A stretch of 63,733 nucleotides of DNA, filler included, from Octopus bimaculoides (Eukaryota): NCBI RefSeq assembly GCF_001194135.2. It is 8 parts of 6 records of this genome, joined end to end, with 100 filler letters (N's around TTAATTAATTAA, not from the genome) between each part and the next. Parts side by side here need not be neighbours in the genome. Positions count along the whole stretch, not along the records: positions 1 to 20,875 come from NC_069006.1; positions 20,976 to 24,220 come from NC_068990.1; 6 more parts are not named here. One strand, given 5' to 3'. The notes beneath the pieces were generated by a model. The model saw nothing but the letters and a program-made list of their open reading frames with translations, did no database searches and had not been told where the DNA came from. Position 1 is the stretch's first letter. The number at the start of each line of letters is the position of its first letter. Below, piece by piece: positions 12,716 through 23,411 of the stretch. Position numbers and translations under genes: made by a program.

Positions 12716-12761
12716 GACACCTGACGAAGGCTGGAGGGTATATCAGCCGAAACGTTGTGTT
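12716..12761 (+). ncRNA. Minimal type I hammerhead motif, best-preserved copy
   Basis: GACAC/GUGUU stem I, CUGACGA 12721-12727, GGCUG/CAGCC stem II, GAAA 12749-12752, palindromic AACGUU stem III, GUU cleavage triplet. Confidence 0.75.
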
Positions 12762-12797
12762 AACAACAAACAAGATGAGGACAAATATCTGTCAAAT

Positions 12798-12829
<32 letters not shown>

Positions 12830-13156
12830 TTGATTTTTTTTCTTTAACTCACATTTTGTTAGAACTCATGGAGTCTGAATGCATAACGGGTTTGCTATCT
12901 GCAGCCGACACTGCCATGCTTATCTCATGCGTCCCTGATTATTTTGCCAAGAAGGCAAATCTTTTGTAACAATTCTGCTGGGCACTTGTGGTTTCAATTC
13001 CTAGACCAGGTGGTGCATTGTGTTCCTAAGTAAAACACTTTATCTCACACTGCTTTACGATCACTTAAACAAACACCTGACACGTGGCACACCATGCACC
13101 TGTTCAGGTAATGTCGATTTGATGGAAGCAGTGAGCTAATGTACAACACAAGCATA

Positions 13157-13365
13157 TTTCTTTTATTCTTCTTTTATCTGTTTCAGTCATGTTGACTGTG
13201 GCCATGCTGGAGCACTGTCTTTTTAGTCAAAGACATCGACCCCGGGACTTATTCTTTGTAAGCCTAGAACTTACTATATCGGTCTCTTTTGCCGAACCGC
13301 TAAATTACGGGGGGCATAAACACACCAACATCGATTGTCAAGCAATAGTGGGAAGGGACAAACAT
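13157..13365 (-). mobile_element. SINE family B, 3' half
   Basis: Homology to the family B tail. Confidence 0.8.
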
Positions 13366-13394
13366 ATACATACACATGTATATTATATATATAT

Positions 13395-14132
13395 GTGAGA
13401 AGACCCGGCAAGCCAAGTGAGACCAAAATCCAAGGCCTCTGCCAGGGATGTAGCCAGCCCACTTATGCATAACATTCCTTCTTTGAACACTAAACTCCGC
13501 TTGTGAAGACGTGTTGAGGCAAGTGAAATCGAAATCGAACTAAATTTGTAGACTGGCACCCATGCCAACGTCTTCATTGAACACTAAACTCGGCTTGCGA
13601 AGACCTGTNNNNNNNNNNCCATGCCAACGTCTTCATTGAACACTAAACTCGGCTTGCGAAGACCTGTTGGGGCAAGCGAAAGCGAAATCGTGATGGCACC
13701 AGTACCAGTAGATCACAAAGAGCACCATCCGAGCGTGATCACTGCCAGAGCACGGTGGCACGTAAATAGCACCATTTGAGCGTGACCGTTACCAACGTCG
13801 CCTTCCTGGCACTTGTGCCAGTGGCACGTGAAAAGACATTCGAGCGAGTTTGTTGCCACTACCGCTGAACTGGCCCCTGTGCAGGTGGCACGCAAAATAC
13901 ACCATTTCGAGCATGGCTGTTCCCAGTACCTCCTGACTGGCCTTCGTGCCGGTGGCATGTAAAAGCACCCACTACACTCTCGGAGTGGTTGGCGTTAAGA
14001 AGGGCATCCAGCTGTAGAAACTCTGCCAAATCAGACTGGAGCCTGGGGTAGCCATCTGATTCACCAGTCCTCAGTCAAATCGTCCAACCCATGCTAGCAT
14101 GGAAAGCGGACGTTAAACGATGATGATGATGA
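13395..14132 (+). mobile_element. Non-coding retroposon with RTE-like 3' end and internal ~66-bp repeats
   Basis: Ends CCCATGCTAGCATGGAAAGCGGACGTTAAACG(ATG)n; the same tail occurs at 15285-15455 and about 7843-7868. Confidence 0.65.
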
Positions 14133-14149
14133 TATGTATGTATGTATAT

Positions 14150-14300
14150 ACAATGGGCTTCTTTCAGTTTCCATCTACCTAAACCACTCACAAGGCTTTG
14201 GTTAGCCCGAAGCTATAATAGAAGACACATTGCCCGAGGTGTCATGCAGTGGGACTGAACCCAGAACCATGAGGTTGGGAAGCAAGCTTCTTACGACACA
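14150..14300 (-). mobile_element. SINE family B head
   Basis: Homology to 6637 onward. Confidence 0.75.
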
Positions 14301-15284
14301 TATGATCACTAGAAAGTAATTGTTTGAAGGTCATTCAGCAAAATATAAACACTCATATGTTGTCTTTGATGGGAGAATTCATCATCATCATCATCGTCAT
14401 CATTATTATCAAGGTGGTGAGTTGGCTGAATAGTTAACACGCTGGATGAAATATTTAGTGGTATCTTGCCCGTCACTGCATTCTGAGTTCAAATTCCGCC
14501 AAGGTTGACATCACCNNNNNNNNNNNNNNNNNNNNNNNNNNNNNNNNNNNNNNNNNNNNNNNNNNNNNNNNNNNNNNNNNNNNNNNNNNNNNNNNNNNNN
14601 NNNNNNNNNNNNNNNNNNNNNNNNNNNNNNNNNNNNNNNNNNNNNNNNNNNNNNNNNNNNNNNNNNNNNNNNNNNNNNNNNNNNNNNNNNNNNNNNNNNN
14701 NNNNNNNNNNNNNNNNNNNNNNNNNNNNNNNNNNNNNNNNNNNNNNNNNNNNNNNNNNNNNNNNNNNNNNNNNNNNNNNNNNNNNNNNNNNNNNNNNNNN
14801 NNNNNNNNNNNNNNNNNNNNNNNNNNNNNNNNNNNNNNNNNNNNNNNNNNNNNNNNNNNNNNNNNNNNNNNNNNNNNNNNNNNNNNNNNNNNNNNNNNNN
14901 NNNNNNNNNNNNNNNNNNNNNNNNNNNNNNNNNNNNNNNNNNNNNNNNNNNNNNNNNNNNNNNNNNNNNNNNNNNNNNNNNNNNNNNNNNNNNNNNNNNN
15001 NNNNNNNNNNNNNNNNNNNNNNNNNNNNNNNNNNNNNNNNNNNNNNNNNNNNNNNNNNNNNNNNNNNNNNNNNNNNNNNNNNNNNNNNNNTATAATCTAA
15101 GGCAATGAACAAGCAGAATTGTTAGCAAAATAATTAGTGGCATTTCGTCCTTATCTACATCCTGTGTTGAAATTCTACTATAGTGAAATTTTCTTTCATT
15201 CTTTCAGGGTCAATGCAATAGGTACCAGTTATGTTCTGGGGTTGATGTAATCGACTCTACACCCACCCACCCCCGCAAAACAAA

Positions 15285-15455
15285 AAGCACCCAATACACG
15301 CTTGGAGTAGTTGGCATTAAGAAAGGCATCCAGCTGTAGAAACCTTGCCAAATCAGATTGGAGCCTGGTGCAGCCTCTCAGCTTGCCAGTCCTCAGTCAA
15401 ACCATCCAACCCATACCAGCATGGAAAGCGAACGATAAACAATGACAATGATGAT
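15285..15455 (+). mobile_element. 3' end of the RTE-tailed retroposon
   Basis: Homologous to about 13960-14132. Confidence 0.7.
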
Positions 15456-15559
15456 GATCTATATATAAACACACACACACGCGTATACATACAAACATGC
15501 ACATGTATGTGTAGGTTCATATGTTCACACACATATTAAGCAACCCATTTACCTATGTC

Positions 15560-15905
15560 AGTCTGTCTCAGTTTCTCTATATCTGTCTATCGACCTATTT
15601 ATCCAGCTGTTCATCTATCTATCTGCCTACCTACCTCCCTGCCTAACTATCTATCTGTCTATCTATCTATCTGTCTATCTATTTGTCTGTCTGTCTGTCT
15701 GTCTATCTATCTGTCTGTATATCTATCTACCCATCTTTCTATATATCTATCAATCTATCTATCTTCTATTTTATCTATTTATTGATCTATCTATCCCTAG
15801 ACCGCTGAAAACTACAAGTTTCTTCACTCTCTGTTTATTTTATCTATCTATCTATCTATCTATCCATCTTTTTATCTATCTATCAATCTATCTACCTACC
15901 TACCA
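15560..15905. repeat. (TCTA/TCTG)n degenerate microsatellite
   Basis: Direct reading. Confidence 0.9.
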
Positions 15906-16560
15906 ACCTCTCTCTCTCATTTTTTCATTCATTGAAGTTACACAGAGTTCAAGTACTTAGAGTTTCATGCATGACATCACTTGATTATTTTTGCCATTTA
16001 AGATTGGAAAAAACCCATACTCATATTTTGAGCTTTATTTATCCTGTTTCTACTACCAGCCAACACATAATTATTTAAATATATATACATATATGAAAAG
16101 GAAAAATGTAACATTTGTCTGTGGGATTAATAATAATAATAATAGTAATACCAATATGCTACCCTTGTAACAAGTTAAATAATCTGAATGATATAAATAT
16201 CAGTAATAAATAAAGTTCCTTGTAACCCCTTAAAAGGGGATTTGCTGGATAACTGTAAGTCTAACAACGATAATAGGGCTATGATTAATAATGAGAGTAT
16301 TTTGAATATTAGTAGAAGACAAGATACGGCTATAAATAGCGGAGAGAGAGAGATGTGCTCTTGAACTCATCAGTTGGCCAGGGTCACAACCCATTTTGAA
16401 CTGGATCAGAATCTTGCACTTATGAACATGCCACTAATCCTACTTTAGTTTGTAGTAATAGTAGTAGTATAAGGCGGATGGTTAGTGATAATGATGTTGG
16501 GAAACTACCAATGGCACCATCACAAACTGTATATGGTGATTACATAACTCGCATCGATAT

Positions 16561-17028
16561 TCTTTTCTACTCTAGGCATAAGGCCCGGAATTTTTGGGGA
16601 GGTGGGGGAAGTTGATTAGATCAACTCCAGTACGCAACTGGTACTTAATTTATCAACCCTGAAAGGACAAGTGGCAAAGTTGACCTCGGCGGAATTTGAA
16701 CTCAGAACGGGAAGACAGATTAAATACTACAGTTCTATATTTAAGAGATGAGGAATTATTAACATTATTTACATTATTTACATTTGACGGATATTTGTCC
16801 TCATCTTGTTTGTTGTTAACACAACGTTTCGGCTGATATAAAAAAAAATTTTTTTTAATTAAAAATTAAAAAAAAACGAAGGCTCAGAGGGTATATCAGC
16901 CGAAACGTTGTGTTAACAACAAACAAGATGAGGACAAATATCCGTCAAATGTAAATAATGTAAATAAGATTAAATACTGCTAAGCATTTTGCCTGGCATG
17001 CTAACATTTCTGCCAACTTGCCACCTCT
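16561..17028 (-). mobile_element. SINE family A split by dyad 4
   Basis: SINE sequence resumes (GCTAAGCATTTT) after the duplicated AGATTAAATACT. Confidence 0.85.
16729..16966. mobile_element. Hammerhead-element dyad 4 with 12-bp TSD
   Basis: TSD AGATTAAATACT at 16717-16728 and 16967-16978; both arms truncated inside the ribozyme; A/T-only filler 16841-16876. Confidence 0.9.
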
Positions 17029-17109
17029 CAATATTAATCATAACCTGAGGGCCAATATACCCAATAAAACTAAAATGACCAAAGTACTGTTGACATAATC
17101 CCTAATAAT

Positions 17110-17316
17110 TATTTCTACTCTAGGTACAATATTTTGAGGAAGGGGACTCGTCGATTACAACAACCTCAATGCGTAACTGGTACTTATTTCAATGACCCCG
17201 AAAGAATGTAAGGCAAAGTTGACTTCATTGGAATTTGAACTCAAAACGTAAGGACAGACAAAATGCCTCTGAGTATTTCACCCCGTGTTCTAACAACTCT
17301 GCCAGCTCACCACCTT
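17110..17316 (-). mobile_element. SINE family A
   Basis: Homology to family A. Confidence 0.75.
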
Positions 17317-17389
17317 AGCATATTTCTTAATAATAACTCTATGGACATTAATCATGTCCAAGAAGATGATTCTGGATTCTTTGTCTTTT

Positions 17390-17745
17390 TTTTTTTTGTT
17401 TACTTGTTTCAGTCATTTGATTGCAGCCATGCTGGAGCACCGGCTTTAGTCGAACAAATCAACCCCAGGACTTAGTCTTTGTAAGCCTTGTACTTATTCT
17501 ATCAGTCTCTTTTGTCAAACTGCTAAGTTACAGGGATGTAAACACACTAACATCGGTTGCCAAGCAATGGTAGGGGGACAAACGCAGACACACAAATACA
17601 TACATTCCGTCTACCAAAACCCCTCACAAGGCTTTGGTCAGCCCAAGGCTATAGTAGAAGTTACTGGCCCAGAGTGTCACACACTGGGTTTGAACTCAGA
17701 ACCATGTGGTTGGCAAGAAAGCTTCTTACCACACACCTACTCCTG
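17390..17745 (-). mobile_element. SINE family B
   Basis: Tail and head both present, with an internal deletion. Confidence 0.8.
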
Positions 17746-17759
17746 GAATGTAAAAGTAA

Positions 17760-18190
17760 AAACTATTAGTAATAAAGGTAATTGCAATTGTAAGGATAAG
17801 GCCCATTGTCCACTGTTAGATCGATGTTTAGCTAAGAATGTAATATATAGATGTACATTTATAACGGATACTAATAACCGTATTTATATTAGGTGCTTGT
17901 AGATATGAAAAAAGATTGCATAACCATTTCTTATCTTCTGGACTTAGACATAAGGCCGGTAGCATGTCTTTATCTACAAAGTTTTGGGAACTTAACGATA
18001 ATAATATTAAATTTAGCATAAAGTGGGAGACAATGCATAGGGCTGAACCTTACAATCGCCAATATGGGTTCAGGCCATGTTGTATGGAGATGTGTGAAAT
18101 ATTTAGATATAGAAAAAAGGATAACTTAATTAATAATAAATTGGATTTTAGGGTTTCATGTGTTCATAGAATCATCTGTACTTTCAAATT
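17760..18190 (+). mobile_element. Decayed PLE GIY-YIG endonuclease, Neptune-like type
   Basis: CNCKDKAHCPLLDRCLAKNVIYRC..IYIR, SLSTKFWEL..FSIKWE..AEPY..CCME..SCVH: Cys-rich layout of Neptune-type PLE endonucleases. Confidence 0.7.
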
Positions 18191-18340
18191 CTTTAGAAAT
18201 GATAAATTATCCAGTCCTATATTTAAGAGATGGGGGATTATGTACATTTGACAGATATTTGTCCTCATCTTGTTTGTTGTTAACACGTTTCGGCTGATAT
18301 ACCCGCCTATTTTCCTATTCCTTCAACCTTAATTATTATT

Positions 18341-18495
18341 CAGGTCACTGCCTGGAATCGAACTCAGAATCTTGGGGTCTGTAACCCACGCTCTTAACCA
18401 CTACGCCATATACCCACGGGAATATGGCATAGTGGTAAAGAGCGCAGTCTACTAACCCCATGTTTCTGAGTTCAATTCCAAATAGTGACCTGAAT
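18341..18495. promoter_or_regulatory. Two divergent tRNA-type Pol III promoters
   Basis: Plus: A-box TGGCATAGTGG 18425-18435, B-box GTTCAATTC 18470-18478; minus: TGGCGTAGTGG 18408-18398, GTTCGATTC 18363-18355. Confidence 0.7.
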
Positions 18496-18524
18496 AATAA
18501 TGATGTTGATAATAATGTTGTTTG

Positions 18525-18905
18525 TTTTTGTTGTTGACACTCCGTTGCTTACGATGTCGAGGGTTCCAGTTGATCCGATCAATGGAACAGCCTGCTCGTG
18601 AAATTAACGTGCAAGTGGCTGAGCACTCCACAGACACATGTACCCTTAACGTAGTTCTCGGGGATATTCAGCATGACACAGTTTGACAAGGCTGACCCTT
18701 TGAATTACAGGCACAACAGAAACAGGAAGAAATAGTGAGAGAAAGTTGTGGTGAAAGAGTACAGCAGGGTTCACCACCATCCCCTGCCGGAGCCTCGTGG
18801 AGCTTTAGTTGTTTTCGCTCAATAAACACTCACAACGCCCGGTCTGGGAATCGAAATCGTGACCCTATGACCGCGAGTCCGCTGCCCTAACCATTGCGCC
18901 TCCAC
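18525..18905 (-). mobile_element. SINE family C, full length, inserted in the (AAT)n linker of dyad 5
   Basis: Homology to 11046-11438. Confidence 0.9.
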
Positions 18906-19515
18906 AATAATAATAATAATAACATTGAAAACTACCTTTCCCCAAGAGAGTATATTAGCCGAAGCGTTGTGTTAACAACAAACAAGATGAGGACAAATAT
19001 CCATTAAATGTAAATAATGTAATAAATTGCCCCTTTTTGTCCCATTTGTAGCATTGTTACCCTCCAACCTTCATCCTGGTGAATAGTAATACTTGTCTTA
19101 ATATAACTGTGTGACCTTTCAGCCATATTGAACCCTTATGTCCAGCTAACTTGTCTCTCTGGCTTATTTTCTTATTCCTTCACCTTTAATTTTAAAATGT
19201 ATATGTTGTTCAGACTTTTATAACTTGAACCTAAAAATTATGATGGAATTAATCTACCCCACCATGCATGTTGTACCTTTATACATTAATTTTATTTCAT
19301 TTATATCCTTTCTACCTAATAGTATCCTATCTTACCCCTAACTCACTAATTGGACCTGTTTTATTCCAGCTGAATTTACTATTAAATACTAGATGTAAGG
19401 AAATAATCTGTGGCTGATCGATACGGATCTTGTTAATTCTCTGTTTGACTTTGTGGATCCTGAATCGTTGTAACCCATTCTTTCATTGCCATAGCATTAA
19501 TCTAACACTAATTAC

Positions 19516-19728
19516 AAGACAGCAAACTGGCAGAGTCATTAGCACGCCGAGCAAAATACTTATTGGTATTTCATCTGTCTTTACGTTCTGAGTTCAAATC
19601 CCGCCGAGGTCGACTTGCCTTTCATCCTTTCAGGGTCGATAAATTAAGTACCAGTTGCGTACTAGGGTTGATCTAATTGACTGGCCCCCTCCCCCAAAAT
19701 TTCAGGCCTTGTGCCTAGAGTAGAAAAG

Positions 19729-19769
<41 letters not shown>

Positions 19770-19838
19770 ATGCGGTGAGCTGGCAGAAATGTTAGCACGC
19801 CAAGCAAAATACTTTACGTTCTGAGTTCAAATTCTGAC
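19516..19838 (+). mobile_element. SINE family A, full copy plus partial head
   Basis: Copies at about 19516-19730 and 19768-19838. Confidence 0.8.
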
Positions 19839-20056
19839 AATAGAGGAAACAATAGCTGTGTTTGTCTGTGATGTCAATAAAGAAAATTTTTATTGCCTGC
19901 TGGTAAATGGTGATGGAACAATTTATGTTATTGCCTCCATATCTGCTCAGCTTGATTCCTGTTATAACCATTCTTTGCCCTGTGGAATTGATCCCCTGTA
20001 AAAGACATCGGAGTCTGAATTTGAACTATTTGAGCACTACAACTATTATTATTTTC

Positions 20057-20426
20057 ATTACCTCTGCCTTCAAGAAAGGCGGAGGTATTGTTTCAGTTGT
20101 GTTTGTTTGTTTCTTTGTCCATGGACAAGATATCTCAAAAACTATTGGATAGATTTGGATGAAACTTTCAGGTATGTTTGGCCTCATGACTGGCACAAAC
20201 TGATTAGATTTTGGGAACAATCCGGTACCAAACAAGGATTCTGGATTATTTTTCCAGTTTTTTCTACTTAATTTTTGAGAGTGGTCGGGTTCATTTTTAG
20301 TATTCTTGTTTGTGAGAGCAGTCAAGTTTATCTCAGATATTCTCATTTTAAAAATCATCTCTGGCTAATCATTGAGAGGATGCTGGTGCTGCCTTAGTAG
20401 AGGTTTGCGCTCTCTGAATGCTCGTT
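20057..20426 (+). mobile_element. Helentron-associated (HINE/DINE-1-like) non-autonomous element
   Basis: 5' hairpin ACCTCTGCCTT..AAGGCGGAGGT, (GTTT)n tract, 3' AGAGGT..GCGCTCTCTGAATGC end. Confidence 0.5.
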
Positions 20427-20919
20427 ATATTTAAAACGGTTTATTAAATTGGCAATCCTGTTTCTGTAGAAGCAAATGGCTCACCTCAAATCAAAATTAA
20501 AGGAAGGTGGACAAAGTCAGACTATATCTGCGCTGTTGCTCCTCTGTTTTGTTACATAATTGAAAGAAAATTATGATCTTTGATCCACCATCAACAAAAA
20601 ATAATAAAAGAAAAGAAAACCGTAACAAATTGGAAACAAAGGAATTTTCTCTCCCCATCCACCTTGCTATGTAATCAATATCAGACTGTATTTTTTGCAT
20701 TAAATCTAGTATAAACCATCAATATCCAAGCAACAAGCAGGACATTGCTCAGAAGCCAAAAGGTGAAAGTATTTCTCTTAGAGATTAGTTTTTATGCAAT
20801 TAACATTTGAGCTGTTTCGTTTGTTTGTTTGTTTTTTTTATTCTGATACCTTGTTGTTGCTTGTCACATCCCTCCNNNNNNNNNNNNNNNNNNNNNNNNN
20901 NNNNNNNNNNNNNNNNNNN

Positions 20920-20931
20920 TTAATTAATTAA
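20920..20931. other. Artificial scaffolding spacer TTAATTAATTAA inside N gaps
   Basis: N44-TTAATTAATTAA-N44 here; the same 12-mer sits in N gaps at 24265, 32555, 35068, 38720, 58011, 62515. Confidence 0.95.
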
Positions 20932-20975
20932 NNNNNNNNNNNNNNNNNNNNNNNNNNNNNNNNNNNNNNNNNNNN

Positions 20976-21190
20976 GTTGTCCTGAGCGCACCTCGGGCAG
21001 GCCCGGTTGACGGCACTTCCATGTCGGTAGAGTTTATCTCGAACAGGTAGCGCACCTCGGTAGCACTGCCAGGCGAGGGACCTTTGGAAATTATCCATGG
21101 GCCCCGGCCCGAAAGTTCTCCTGAACAGACTGCTTAGCTGATTATCCTCGACGCCTAGAGTTTCCCCGAGAACGTCGTCGCACTTTTCTC
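20976..21190 (-). mobile_element. L1/Tx1-clade ORF2 C-terminal zinc-knuckle fragment, 5'-truncated
   Basis: Open frame EKCDDVLG..RSLAWQCYRGALPVRDKLYRHGSAVNRACPRCAQDN; GC-rich; continues into the gap. Confidence 0.7.
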
Positions 21191-21371
21191 AATAATAATA
21201 ATAATAATAATAATACTGATCAAGGTGGTGATGATGTTGATGATGATGGGGATGGTGGTGGTGGTAGTGGTGGTTGTGGTGGTGGTGGTGGTTGGATATG
21301 TAAGATTACATGTAGTAACCCACAACCCACACAAATTCTACCAGGGTTAAGGACAAACTTAAGTTAAATCA

Positions 21372-21406
<35 letters not shown>

Positions 21407-21537
21407 TGATGATTTCTTTCATTTGGCACCAGGGTGACGGATGAGGGGACAATACAAAGATAGATGTAAAGTGTGGGGATTTACATAGAATGGAATGATA
21501 AAATAAAAAGTATACATGGTAACCATAATACTTTTTT

Positions 21538-21749
21538 TTTTGCTACTCTAGGCATAAGGCCCGAAACTTTTGGGGGAGGGGGCCGGTCGATCAACCCCCA
21601 GTATGCAACTGGTATTTAATTTATCGACCCTGAAAGGATGAAAGGCAAAGTTGACCTCAGCGGAATCTGAACTCAGAACGTAAAGACAGACGAAATACCG
21701 CTAAGCATTTTGCCCAGTGTGCTAATGTTTCTGGCAGCTCGCTGCCTTA
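21538..21749 (-). mobile_element. SINE family A
   Basis: Homology to family A. Confidence 0.85.
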
Positions 21750-21785
21750 GATAGTAATAATGATAATAATAATAATAATTATTAT

Positions 21786-22167
21786 TAAAGCCAATAGGCC
21801 AAATATAGTTGTTAGAGATCACGAAGAAAAAAAAATGCTTTCTAATTGATGAAGAAACTTTCAAAATACAAAGACCTGGAAATAGAGGTAACTCGAATGT
21901 GGAATCTAAAAACAGAAACAATTCCTATCATAGTAGGCGTAGAATAAAAAAAATATTCAGACAAATACATAACAAAAACACCAGGACTAACAAATATATA
22001 TAACATACAGAAAATTGCACTACTGGGCATTGCACACATCCTACGCAAAACACTTTCAATACAGTAACCATAAGAGCATCACAGCAAACCACAGCACATA
22101 CCCAAGGCGCACAGAGCTGCGCTCGGTAGTGAAGTGAAAGCACGCTAAAAAAATAAAACTACTGAAC

Positions 22168-22168
<1 letters not shown>
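21786..22168 (+). mobile_element. R4/Dong-like element 3' end
   Basis: ANRPNIVVRD..KYKDLEIEVTRMWNLK..IQKIALLGIAHILRKTLSIQ*; flanked by (AAT)n on both sides. Confidence 0.85.
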
Positions 22169-22200
<32 letters not shown>

Positions 22201-22204
<4 letters not shown>

Positions 22205-22650
22205 GTCTTGATGCAGTACCAATTACTTGCTGCCATGGCTTCTGATCTTAACTGATTGGAAGTGTTATCATGTACATTGTTTTGTCTTGGTATAAAAGAT
22301 GAGCTACAGTAAATATTCTGCTCAATACCACAGATTTGCTGGTCAGTTGTTTGACCTTAAACCAGTTGAGCATGCCCCTTGGTGGCTGACAATATGTGCA
22401 TCTCTGATCATGAGCAGAGGTTGTGGAGGAGCATCGTAACCATGTGTTGAGAGGAATCCTTTGGGGTTTGGATATTTCACCCTTGGAAACATGGGTGTTT
22501 TGTTCAACATCCTTAAACAAACCTTATTCAGTGACCTTTTGAGCGGGATAGGCTACTTCACCTGAAGGAAATTCTAACTGGGCCCCACTTGCAATGTCAT
22601 GTGCTGTTTATCTTGATATGAGATCACTATGTCGCACACATATGGTTGCG
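22201..22650. mobile_element. Unclassified interspersed repeat abutting (AAT)n
   Basis: The same terminus occurs at about 32492-32510 and an inverted homologous segment at about 58500-58645. Confidence 0.6.
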
Positions 22651-23019
22651 ATGCAATATCGGAGCAGTGTGTGGGGTGGGGTCAGATACAGTTTCCACCC
22701 CATTCCAGCTCCCTCCCAACGCTGGTTTGACAATGAAGGAAACTAAGAGAAACGAATAAAGTTCACTGTTTAATTAAAATACTGATTAATTAGTTAGACA
22801 CAAGGTGTGAATTTGTGTTCTAACAAATTATTTCTCTGGTGATTTCCCGTCTTCCATGGAATTCCTTATCAGACATAATCGAAATGGAATTGTTTCTTCT
22901 TTCACTTCATCTTCTTCAATCATTTCTTCTTCTTTATCTTCCTACTTTCTTTCTTTTTTCTTCTTGTATTTTTTCTTTACTTTCCTTCATTTTTTTTGCT
23001 GTCATCTAGATCTTAGCCA

Positions 23020-23282
23020 GGTGCTTCTTCTTCTTCTACTTCTTCTTCTTCTTCTTCTTCTTCTTCCTCCTCCTCCTCCTCCTCCTCCTTCTCTTCCTTC
23101 CTTCTTCCTCCTTTTATCCTCCTCCTCCTCTTCCTTCCTCTTCTTCTCATTCTCCTACATTGCTTTCTTCCTCATATCTTCTTCTTCTTCTTCTTCTCCT
23201 CCTCCTTCCTCTTCTCTTTCTTCTTCTTCTTCTTCCTCCTCCTCCTCCTTCTCCCCCTCCTCTCCGACTCCATCCCCCTCTT
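23020..23282. repeat. (TCT/TCC)n low-complexity tract
   Basis: Direct reading. Confidence 0.9.
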
Positions 23283-23411
23283 AGCCTTCTCTCCCTTCCA
23301 TTCAGTACACCATATGGAAATCTGAACTCTCAATGAACCTGTCAATTCATTCATCTCTGTGTGGCAGGAATGGTGAAATATACTGGAATGGTTTCCTAAT
23401 TCTTGTTCCAG

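Larger units (their letters stand above)
18212..19021. mobile_element. Hammerhead-element dyad 5, retaining both complete tRNA-like heads
   Basis: Minus arm 18212-18420 and plus arm 18421-19021 (interrupted by SINE C); the tails match dyads 1-4. Confidence 0.8.

Noticed and set aside
12863-12969. Possible plus-strand exon LMESECITGLLSAADTAMLISCVPDYF
   Set aside because: Plausible acceptor but no convincing donor and no recognisable homology
13560-13668. Direct ~49-bp duplication around a 10-N gap
   Set aside because: Identical sequence on either side of the gap indicates an unmerged contig overlap
13707-13975. CRISPR-like array
   Set aside because: Eukaryotic context, no cas genes, and the spacers are homologous to each other
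19900-20010. Possible minus-strand exon after a TCTTTTACAG acceptor
   Set aside because: Two alternative frames, no canonical donor, unrecognisable peptide
20876-20975. Recurrent TTAATTAATTAA motif (seven sites) as a biological element
   Set aside because: Always centred in N runs (44+12+44 = 100 bp here) with stops in all frames; it is an assembler spacer
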